From: Candidatus Micrarchaeota archaeon
GTDB lineage: Archaea; Micrarchaeota; Micrarchaeia; Anstonellales; Bilamarchaeaceae
Direction: 5' to 3'
DNA length: 64,000 bases
NCBI GenBank assembly: GCA_043812915.1
Contig: JBDRLQ010000001.1
Span: forward strand, 1-64,000
In this document: in pieces, positions 57,103 through 64,000 of the stretch
Layout: the number at the start of each line of letters is the position of its first letter
Numbering within the stretch: position 1 is the stretch's first letter
Notes under the pieces: model-generated
Seen by the model: only the letters and a program-made list of their open reading frames with translations
Told to the model about the DNA's origin: nothing
Database searches by the model: none
Position numbers and translations under genes: made by a program

Positions 57103-57560
57103 ACGGATTTAAAGAAAATCATATCTTCTGCCCTTGTTCCTACTTTAGCTATTGCTGCTCTTTACATCATCCTTCTTGTTCTGTTGATTGATCTGGCTCT
57201 TCCACTTACTTTTGTTGGAGCCCTTAACTGGGCAGTTCTGCTATATTTCGGTTATTCAACTGTAAGGAAAGGACAGACAGCTATCGAAGCCGCGATTTCA
57301 GGCGCACTGGCATCAGTGTTCTCATTTGCATCATATGTCTTTTCTATCATTCTCATGTTTTCATTATTGCTCAAGGAAAAAACATTTGATTTTGTTTCTT
57401 TCATGGGTGGATTTTTTGTGGCTGTTACCGCCCCAGATGATGCGGGCGTCTTTCATGTGGCGGCTTTGTTTGTATTTGGAATGTTGCTGGTCGGGCTAAT
57501 CCTAAAGGAGCTATATTGGCTGGTTTTGGAGGCCCTTTAGGAAAAAGACCGGGCCAGTTC
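57103..57560 (+). pseudogene. Decayed four-TM membrane protein gene
   Basis: The apparent start is ACG (xDLKKIISSALVP). A plausible C-terminus GAILAGFGGPLGKR lies in another frame after about 57503. Confidence 0.5.
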
Positions 57561-57609
57561 CGGCCTTCTCCAAAATAAACTAATCTTTGTTGTTTTCAAT
57601 ATCACTTTG

Positions 57610-57740
57610 TCTCAGACCGCACGTCAATCGTCATCGCTGGACGCTGTGGCCGGGAAAGCCCCTGAACTGCAATCGATTGACACCGGTTGCGGTTGCTGGC
57701 TTAGAGCGTCAGCTCAGTGATCACCTTTGTCATCATCTGT
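57610..57740 (-). ncRNA. Box C/D guide sRNA with a long internal hairpin; predicted target is the 16S C1402 equivalent
   Basis: Box C AUGAUGA (57736-57730), 12-nt guide, D' CUGA (57717-57714), about 76-nt insert, C' GCGAUGA (57637-57631), 15-nt guide, D CUGA (57615-57612). TATA ATATAAAG about 23 nt upstream of box C. Confidence 0.85.
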
Positions 57741-57778
57741 AGTAATTAGTGAGCTTCTCCTTTATATCGCTTTCCAAT

Positions 57779-59608
57779 TCAGCGGAAGCCCCCGCCACCA
57801 GAGAAGCCGCCGCCGGAGAATCCCCCACCGCCGCCGCTCCATCCTCCCGAGGAATGGGATGAGAAGCCTCCTGATCCACCCGAACTGGCGACCCTCCCCG
57901 CCCGGTTGCCGTACTGGCCAAGGTTGTATATCGCCATCACGCTTCCATAGTATGCCATGGAAGAGATTGCAACGTCATCCATCCTCTCAACCCTTCGGGC
58001 AAAGGCGTAATCAAGCTCTGAAAGGTGCTGCTTAACCTTCTTGGCCTGGCCCAAAGCGGTCGCATATTTCAGAATGTCATCCCATATTATGGCCGAGGCG
58101 GGCGGATATTCCTTTATCCTTGATGATTTGAGCCCCTGGTAGAACCCATCCCATTTTGTATATAGCTCGAGGTTCTTCTTATCCTTCGGGATATCTGTTT
58201 TCAGGAGCAAAAGGGCTGAAACCAGGGACATTGCGGCGAAACCTATCGCACTGCCGAAAATGACTGCAAGCAGGATGTTCTCCCCATGCAGGAAATACCA
58301 TTCAATGTCGGTTGAGAAAAATGCGCAGGTCATTATCAGGAAGAAGATGCCAAAGGTCACTCCCACTCCGGTAACCATTGCGCGCTTATTCTCTGCGGAT
58401 GTGCTTAGCCTCTTCACCTCACTGTCCTCAAGGCGTGATCTTATGCCCTCCTTGAATTCCTTCCTGAATTTCTTCATGGCCTTGACAATCGGCATGTCTT
58501 CCGCATCCGATTTCTTCTTGACCTTGTCATACCCGGCCATCATTTTGTCAAGGTCAACCTCATTCTTGTCCATGAATATCAGGTCCAGTACAGAGTTCTC
58601 GTAATCCTTGAGGTCCATAAGCCTTTTTTTGAGCATGAGTATGGTGCGCTCCTTCTCCAGCTCCGTCCCCACATGCCCTTCCCTTTCCATCTCGAGGATG
58701 TCTATTACGCCCTTGCTTATCAGGCCTATGATTGTCGCGGCCATCAGCTCCTTCATCTTGTACTCGTTCCGGACAAGGGAACTTACCACCACCGGCTCAT
58801 CTTTTCCTGGAGGCATGATGGTCTCTGGTCCCTTGGGCCTTCCAATCTCCCGCATGAACATCAATGCCGCAACAAGTGCGGAAAGCAGGAACAGCGGCAA
58901 GCAGCAGTATTCCAGCATCGGCTTCTCAGGCTCAAGCACGGTCTCTGAGCCGTAAATCAAGCGCTCCTCCTTCAGTATCGCATAGGCCGAGGCATCCACG
59001 GCATTCAAAGTCTGCACCGAACCCCTGTCGAACAAGTAGCACCCCCCGACATAGTTGCCGGGAGGGACATTATCCATATCGATTATGATGCTCAAATCAT
59101 CCACGAATGCGTCCCCTTTCCTTTCCGAATATACTTCGAAATGCATGGTCTTGCCGGCAGAACGCGGGGGCAGTGTGGTGTTTGCCCTGAATGCCTTTCC
59201 TGTTGCAGCCCAGTTGGCCCCGTAGTGCTCAAAGCACACCTTGGCAAAATCATTGTAGAGCTCAACCCGGTTGGCTATCGTGTATTCCAGCTCAACCACG
59301 TTCTCCCCGCGCACTGTCCGTTCCCAGACAATCTCGGCCTTATCCTGGTTGAGCACCTTCTCAAATGGGGAGGGGGCGCCATTCACTTTCACCCCTGAAA
59401 CGGAAATATCTGATAAGCTGCTGAAATCAGCGCTCCGGATTGAGCGGTAGCCTTCGTTGTACTGCTGCTCCAGGTCGAACACGATTCGCTCGTAGATATC
59501 AAGGCTGCCGTCCTCCTGGACAGTAACCTGGCTGTAATAATCAAGAATTGAAAAGGCGTTCAGGGCTGATACCAAAGCCAGAAGCATGAAAAACTGGAGC
59601 GTGCGCAT
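57779..59608 (-). CDS. DUF2207 membrane protein
   Basis: N-terminal VQEDGSLDIYERI, MAATIIGLISKGVI, WDDILKYATALG, Gly/Ser tail GGGFSGGGFSGGGG. Confidence 0.92.
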   Translation of the reverse strand: MRTLQFFMLLALVSALNAFSILDYYSQVTVQEDGSLDIYERIVFDLEQQYNEGYRSIRSADFSSLSDISVSGVKVNGAPSPFEKVLNQDKAEIVWERTVRGENVVELEYTIANRVELYNDFAKVCFEHYGANWAATGKAFRANTTLPPRSAGKTMHFEVYSERKGDAFVDDLSIIIDMDNVPPGNYVGGCYLFDRGSVQTLNAVDASAYAILKEERLIYGSETVLEPEKPMLEYCCLPLFLLSALVAALMFMREIGRPKGPETIMPPGKDEPVVVSSLVRNEYKMKELMAATIIGLISKGVIDILEMEREGHVGTELEKERTILMLKKRLMDLKDYENSVLDLIFMDKNEVDLDKMMAGYDKVKKKSDAEDMPIVKAMKKFRKEFKEGIRSRLEDSEVKRLSTSAENKRAMVTGVGVTFGIFFLIMTCAFFSTDIEWYFLHGENILLAVIFGSAIGFAAMSLVSALLLLKTDIPKDKKNLELYTKWDGFYQGLKSSRIKEYPPASAIIWDDILKYATALGQAKKVKQHLSELDYAFARRVERMDDVAISSMAYYGSVMAIYNLGQYGNRAGRVASSGGSGGFSSHSSGGWSGGGGGFSGGGFSGGGGFR

Positions 59609-59632
59609 GCACTCATTTTGCACACATGCTTT

Positions 59633-60322
59633 TTATCTGTTGCCCTGTCTCTGAGGGGTGGGTGAGATGCGCACCTCCCTTGAAGTTACCTCTATGCCTT
59701 TTGCCGAGCTTTCTTCGGTTGTTGGCGAATCATTTGCGGGGCCGGTGCTGCTCACGCTTGTTATCGTGGTGAAGCGGACTTCTATCCTGTGCCCGGGTGT
59801 CCAGCCCCTCTGCCGTACAAGATTCCCTTTATTGGTGACCGGCACGAAATAGAATGAGACTCCGTTGTCCTCACCAGGGACTGCTGCAACGAGCGCCCTT
59901 TCAGCTCTTTTGAAAGCCCCGTTCAGTTTTACCTCGGAATTCTCCTGAGAGCCATCCGCATGCATTACTTTGATACGTACTCTCTTACCTACCATGTCAA
60001 TCTCGGCGGTTATCTTTGATGTTGCCCTTTCTCCTGCCATCTCAACCGCTTCTGCCGGTGCATTCTTCCGCGGGATTGAGAATGCAAGGCCATCCCCTCC
60101 CTTCCTGGCAATGCCAAATGCGCTTATCTCGTTTCTTTCCTCTCCCTTTGCGAGTATCGACCGTGAGTATCTCTTGCCAAGCTTCCTGGGCATTCCCTGT
60201 TCGGCCTGGACTTCAATCCTGAGCGGCTCCCTGAGCGTGGGCTGGCCTCTTACGCCTCCGCATGAAGTTGCCGCGACTGCCATCATTAGGGCGGCAGCTG
60301 AACGCAAATTTTTTGCTTTCAT
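59633..60322 (-). CDS. Hypothetical lipoprotein-like protein
   Basis: MKAKNLRSAAALMMAVAATSC. Confidence 0.65.
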   Translation of the reverse strand: MKAKNLRSAAALMMAVAATSCGGVRGQPTLREPLRIEVQAEQGMPRKLGKRYSRSILAKGEERNEISAFGIARKGGDGLAFSIPRKNAPAEAVEMAGERATSKITAEIDMVGKRVRIKVMHADGSQENSEVKLNGAFKRAERALVAAVPGEDNGVSFYFVPVTNKGNLVRQRGWTPGHRIEVRFTTITSVSSTGPANDSPTTEESSAKGIEVTSREVRISPTPQRQGNR

Positions 60323-60390
60323 TTTTTTATCCCTCCTGACACTCACGTAATACTGGCAAAAAGAGTTTATAAATGTTATTAATGCTGGAT

Positions 60391-61893
60391 TTAGATGGCA
60401 TTTCTTATCTTGGGATACAGATTCCTGAACTGCGCGAGCCATTCCCGCCTCTCTTTCCTCAGCTCCTCGGTCATCTGCAAATACTCATTCCTGCCGTAAT
60501 GCTTCTCCGGGTGGAATTTGGATACGTCCACTTCAGGGCAGCTGTCGAGCACCTGGTAGTTCCAGTCCGGGTCCTTCTTCCACTGCACAGTGCCCCTGAC
60601 AATCTCCCTCATAATAACTGTGGAGTCATGCACGGTTATCTTCTCTCCGGGGCCACTCCCGCCATCCCCTATCATCCCTGTATTCAGCAGATAGCATTCA
60701 AGGTGCGGATTTTTTTTCAGCAGGTCATGGAAGCGGTTCCCCTCTTCATCAGGGGGCCCTATGATGAACGGGTTGGTGCCAACAACCCTCCTTGATTTGC
60801 CCGGGTCGACATCAGATGCCGCGCTTCCGACGGATTCGCCCAGCATGAAGAACGCTGCCCCCATCACTTCGTCCAGCTTGGCAACTGGGGGCACTATGGT
60901 GTTTCTCCTTGTTATGAATAGGATGATGTCTGCCCTTGGCAGGTCGATGGATGTATTGGTAAATCCTATCTCCTTCCTCATCACAACCGCCCTGCCGTTG
61001 CTTGTTAGGGATGTGTCAAAGAAATCCACCCCCCCGCCAGGCAGGACCTTTATGTTCTCAAAGAGCGCGTTCCGGCTGATCGCGGCATTAAAAAGAAGCG
61101 GCTGGTCGGCAGGTTCCAGGCCGTCCGTCTTTATGTAGAAGTTGTCTTCCGTTCCTGTGCAGGATGAGTCCTTCTGCATCAGCACAACGTCATCCTGCCT
61201 TATCACGACGCCCTCCCCGCCTTCCTTGTCCAGCCAGTGGTGGTGGCAGGTGAGCGTGGTCTTCCCTGTCGCGCTAAGGCCGAAGAGCAGCACCCCTTTT
61301 TCCTGCAGCCTTCCCTTAGCATCAATGATCTTCATTAGCTTGGAGCCCGCGTGCAGCCCAAGACCGCCCGCCTGCTTCGTCCGGTACATCGCCATCCGCA
61401 GGTTCGCCTTCTTCATCTCCCCGGTGTAGTCGGAGCCGAGCACGAATGTGATGCCGCTCTTGGGATCTGCAATTATCTTTATCTCCGGCCATTCAGGTAC
61501 CTGTACTGTATTGAAATCAGGCTTTCCCTCCCCTGCACAGTCGAAGAGCATCCTTCCCCACATGTATGGTATGTGCGGATAATCAGCGGAGACGAGCGCC
61601 CTGCATATGAACGGCTTGGTCTGGCACATCCTCCGCTCCAGCATAATCAGCTTCCTGCCCCTGAGATATTCAACCAGTTTCCCAACAGTCTTTTTCTGCT
61701 CTGCGGTGGGCTCCCCATCGACTATTTCGGTATTCTTGGCGCTCCGCCCCCTAACTTTCGTTGTGAACGCAAGGGCTCCGAAATCGGTTTCCTTCCCTTC
61801 CTTGAGGGACATCCTTCGCAAATCCCCAAAGGAGGGATTCTCATCCAGCTCTGCGTCATCAATTATCTGCCTGAGCGCTTCTTCGAATGCCAT
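60391..61893 (-). CDS. pckA: Phosphoenolpyruvate carboxykinase (ATP)
   Basis: GRSAK, SDYTGEMKK, GLHAG, FGLSATGKTTL, QDD, YIKT, NGR, YLLNTG. Confidence 0.93.
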   Translation of the reverse strand: MAFEEALRQIIDDAELDENPSFGDLRRMSLKEGKETDFGALAFTTKVRGRSAKNTEIVDGEPTAEQKKTVGKLVEYLRGRKLIMLERRMCQTKPFICRALVSADYPHIPYMWGRMLFDCAGEGKPDFNTVQVPEWPEIKIIADPKSGITFVLGSDYTGEMKKANLRMAMYRTKQAGGLGLHAGSKLMKIIDAKGRLQEKGVLLFGLSATGKTTLTCHHHWLDKEGGEGVVIRQDDVVLMQKDSSCTGTEDNFYIKTDGLEPADQPLLFNAAISRNALFENIKVLPGGGVDFFDTSLTSNGRAVVMRKEIGFTNTSIDLPRADIILFITRRNTIVPPVAKLDEVMGAAFFMLGESVGSAASDVDPGKSRRVVGTNPFIIGPPDEEGNRFHDLLKKNPHLECYLLNTGMIGDGGSGPGEKITVHDSTVIMREIVRGTVQWKKDPDWNYQVLDSCPEVDVSKFHPEKHYGRNEYLQMTEELRKERREWLAQFRNLYPKIRNAI

Positions 61894-61973
61894 GTGATTA
61901 CCGGGAGTATTTATGGGAACTTCCCAATTCCCAGACGCTCTTTTTATCCCTTTCCCCCCATTCTATATATCCG

Positions 61974-64000
61974 ATGATTAAATCCATCCGACTTCTGAAT
62001 TGGCGCTCGCACCAAGACACAAACCTGCAGTTCCGCAAAGGCACGAACCTGCTTGTCGGAATCATGGGCAGCGGAAAATCGAGCGTGCTGGACGGCATAA
62101 GTTTCGCTCTTTTTGGCACTTTCCCGGCCCTTGAGCGCAGGAAGCTCAAGCTCGATGATTTGCTGCGGCTCAATGAGAGCGAGGCGAAGGTCGCCCTTGA
62201 GTTCGAATGGAACAGCGCGGCCTACAGGACCGAGAGAGTACTCACAAAGAGCAAGAAGGGCACTTCCTCGTCGGCCTCCCTGTTCAAGGATGGGCTGCTC
62301 CTTGAGAGCGGAACCAATGCGGTGACCTCCTACATAGAGCAGCTGCTCGCCCTGGACTATGACCTGTTCACGCGGGCAATCTATTCTGAACAGAACAACA
62401 CCGATTACTTCCTGAATCTCGATCCGAGGAGGAGGAAGCAGGAGATTGACGCGCTGCTGGGCCTTGATCGGTTCGAGGATGCCAGGACCAACATAATATC
62501 CGTAATCAACCGGATTCGCTCGAACCGGAAGGTTCTGGAAGAGCGGTTCTCCCCTGAGCGCAAGAAGGAGCTGGAGGAGAAAGGGAAAGAGCTGCAGAAG
62601 CAGATTGATGTCCTCACCAAGAAGGCGGCGGCGCTGTCATCTGATTGCGAAAAGGAGAGGGTGGTGCTCACAGAAGCCCAGAAGAAGTTCGCCGAGCTCA
62701 AGGGGAAGAAGGAGGGCTTCGACAATGCCACTAGGGAGCGGCACAGGATTTCAGGCTCGCGCGAGTCACTGAAGGCCGAACTTCATGGGAAGGAGATCAG
62801 CAAGGAGAAGTATCTGCTCGAGAAAGGCGCGTATGACCTGGCAGTCCAGGAGCGCTCCGCGGTTCTTGAGATGATAAGAAAGCGCGATGCGGAATTCTCC
62901 AGCCTGTCCAAAGAGGCTGGCCAGCTGGAATCCAGGATCAAGTCCCTTGAGGAGGACAGGAAGAAGCTCGGAAGCCTGCAGGAATCCATGGAAAAAGCGC
63001 TGGGCGGGAAGCCTGTCGATGCTTTGAGGGAAGATGCTGCGGCCCTCGAAAGGGAATACATAGCGCTCAATTCAGAGAAAGGCTCTCTCCAGGGCAGGAT
63101 AAAGGACACTGAGGAGGCTTTGCATGCGCTCAAGCCCGGCTCGGCTGAATGCCCCCTCTGCGGAAGCGAACTCACTGAAGGGCACATAAGCAATATCACA
63201 ACTGAGAAGAACACGCTTATCGCAGGGTTTCAGGAGCGAATAAGGCAGATAGAGCTGCTCCTCCCCCAGAGGAAATCCTCCAGGGAGGGGATAGTCGGCC
63301 GGGTGAGGGACGCCGAGCTTGCCGGGGAGCGGATAAAGCAGCTGGCCTCCGGGCAGGCTGAACTTCCACCAACAAGGGAGGCGCGCGCGGCTCTGGATTC
63401 CAGGCTGATGGGGGCGTCCGCGGAAAAGGCATCGCTTTCAAGGAAAGCGGAGGAAATGTCCGCCTCAATCCAGGGGCAGGCAGTCTCGGTCAACCAGCAC
63501 AAGGCCCTGCTGGAAAAGAAGGGGCAGCTGGAAATCCTTGAGAAGAAGCTTGGTGAAAACGAAGCGCTGCTCAGGAGCATGGTCTTCGATGAGAAGACAT
63601 TCGAGGAATCCCGGCAGCTGCTCGAGGATGCGAGGATTAGGTCAGAGCGGCTGAATGCGGAAGCGCAGGCGGTCAGGAAAGAGCTGGAGTCAACGAACCA
63701 GATGGTGCCGCTGGTGAAAAAGGAGCTTGAAGGGCTGAGCGAAACAGAGAAGCTGATTTCATCCAAGGCGGCGCTTGAAGAGGAGCTTTCGATATTCCGC
63801 GGCGCGCTCCTCGAGACCCAGACCAGCCTAAGATCAAGCCTGACCGACGCAATCAACCAGGCGATGGGGGATATCTGGGCAATCTTCTATCCATACCATA
63901 ACTATCCGGCACTGAGGCTTTCGGTTACAGAAAAGGACTATCTCTTCCAGGTGTATGACGGCAGTGTCTGGCGCCCGCTTGAGAGCATCGCGAGCGGCGG
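61974..64000 (+). CDS. rad50: Rad50/SbcC-like SMC ATPase (runs off the window end; absent from the ORF track)
   Basis: MIKSIRLLNWRSH, Walker A GIMGSGKS, Q-loop YSEQN, coiled coil, zinc hook CPLCG (about 63149), signature ASGG at the end, all in one frame. Confidence 0.92.
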   Translation, partial: MIKSIRLLNWRSHQDTNLQFRKGTNLLVGIMGSGKSSVLDGISFALFGTFPALERRKLKLDDLLRLNESEAKVALEFEWNSAAYRTERVLTKSKKGTSSSASLFKDGLLLESGTNAVTSYIEQLLALDYDLFTRAIYSEQNNTDYFLNLDPRRRKQEIDALLGLDRFEDARTNIISVINRIRSNRKVLEERFSPERKKELEEKGKELQKQIDVLTKKAAALSSDCEKERVVLTEAQKKFAELKGKKEGFDNATRERHRISGSRESLKAELHGKEISKEKYLLEKGAYDLAVQERSAVLEMIRKRDAEFSSLSKEAGQLESRIKSLEEDRKKLGSLQESMEKALGGKPVDALREDAAALEREYIALNSEKGSLQGRIKDTEEALHALKPGSAECPLCGSELTEGHISNITTEKNTLIAGFQERIRQIELLLPQRKSSREGIVGRVRDAELAGERIKQLASGQAELPPTREARAALDSRLMGASAEKASLSRKAEEMSASIQGQAVSVNQHKALLEKKGQLEILEKKLGENEALLRSMVFDEKTFEESRQLLEDARIRSERLNAEAQAVRKELESTNQMVPLVKKELEGLSETEKLISSKAALEEELSIFRGALLETQTSLRSSLTDAINQAMGDIWAIFYPYHNYPALRLSVTEKDYLFQVYDGSVWRPLESIASG

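Larger units (their letters stand above)
55870..57622. mobile_element. AT-rich islet (Fic gene plus decayed membrane gene) bounded by the direct repeat TCAGACCGCAC
   Basis: Repeat copies at 55870-55880 and 57612-57622, an abrupt visible drop in GC between them, and no integrase. Confidence 0.7.

Noticed and set aside
57689..57700. Sense similarity of the sRNA insert (GCCAGCAACCGC) to the 16S 517-528 region
   Set aside because: A short, mismatched, same-sense match that is likely coincidental.
57779..57900. GGC-rich repeat tract
   Set aside because: It encodes the normal Gly/Ser tail of DUF2207 proteins.
1..64000. tRNA or rRNA genes
   Set aside because: No cloverleaf or T-loop pattern and no extended rRNA-like sequence was seen in intergenic gaps. 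The short rRNA-like matches at 57616-57729 are explained as sRNA guides.

Overview
64 kb of an archaeal chromosome, identified by archaeal-type PheT, TrpRS, RadA, Pelota, class I CCA-adding enzyme, beta-CASP nuclease and Rad50, with TATA promoters and AGGTGA Shine-Dalgarno motifs. Gene content and ORFan style suggest DPANN, probably Micrarchaeota (inference). Housekeeping and metabolic genes are acdA, purF, purD, thiolase/DUF35, an rpe-tkt-tkt-tal cluster, bacterial-type GAPDH, gyrAB and pckA. They are interspersed with lineage-specific ORFans and surface proteins. Highlights: (1) an unusually long box C/D guide RNA (minus strand, about 57610-57740) predicted to target the 16S C1402 equivalent, whose 3' end appears to be the integration site of an integrase-less, AT-rich 1.7 kb Fic islet bounded by an 11-bp direct repeat; (2) a relaxase-less VirB4/CedB-like membrane system (38346-42641) plus a distant VirB2-like pilin and candidate effector ORFans; (3) Cys-containing C-terminal sorting signals on three surface proteins; (4) a lipoprotein/TM protein ending in a Roadblock-like domain; (5) a DUF736-radA operon with a palindrome-rich leader; (6) a frameshifted transposase fragment fused to acdA at the window start, possibly an assembly chimera. 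No tRNA, rRNA or CRISPR array was seen. All family assignments come from motif recognition by eye, not database searches.
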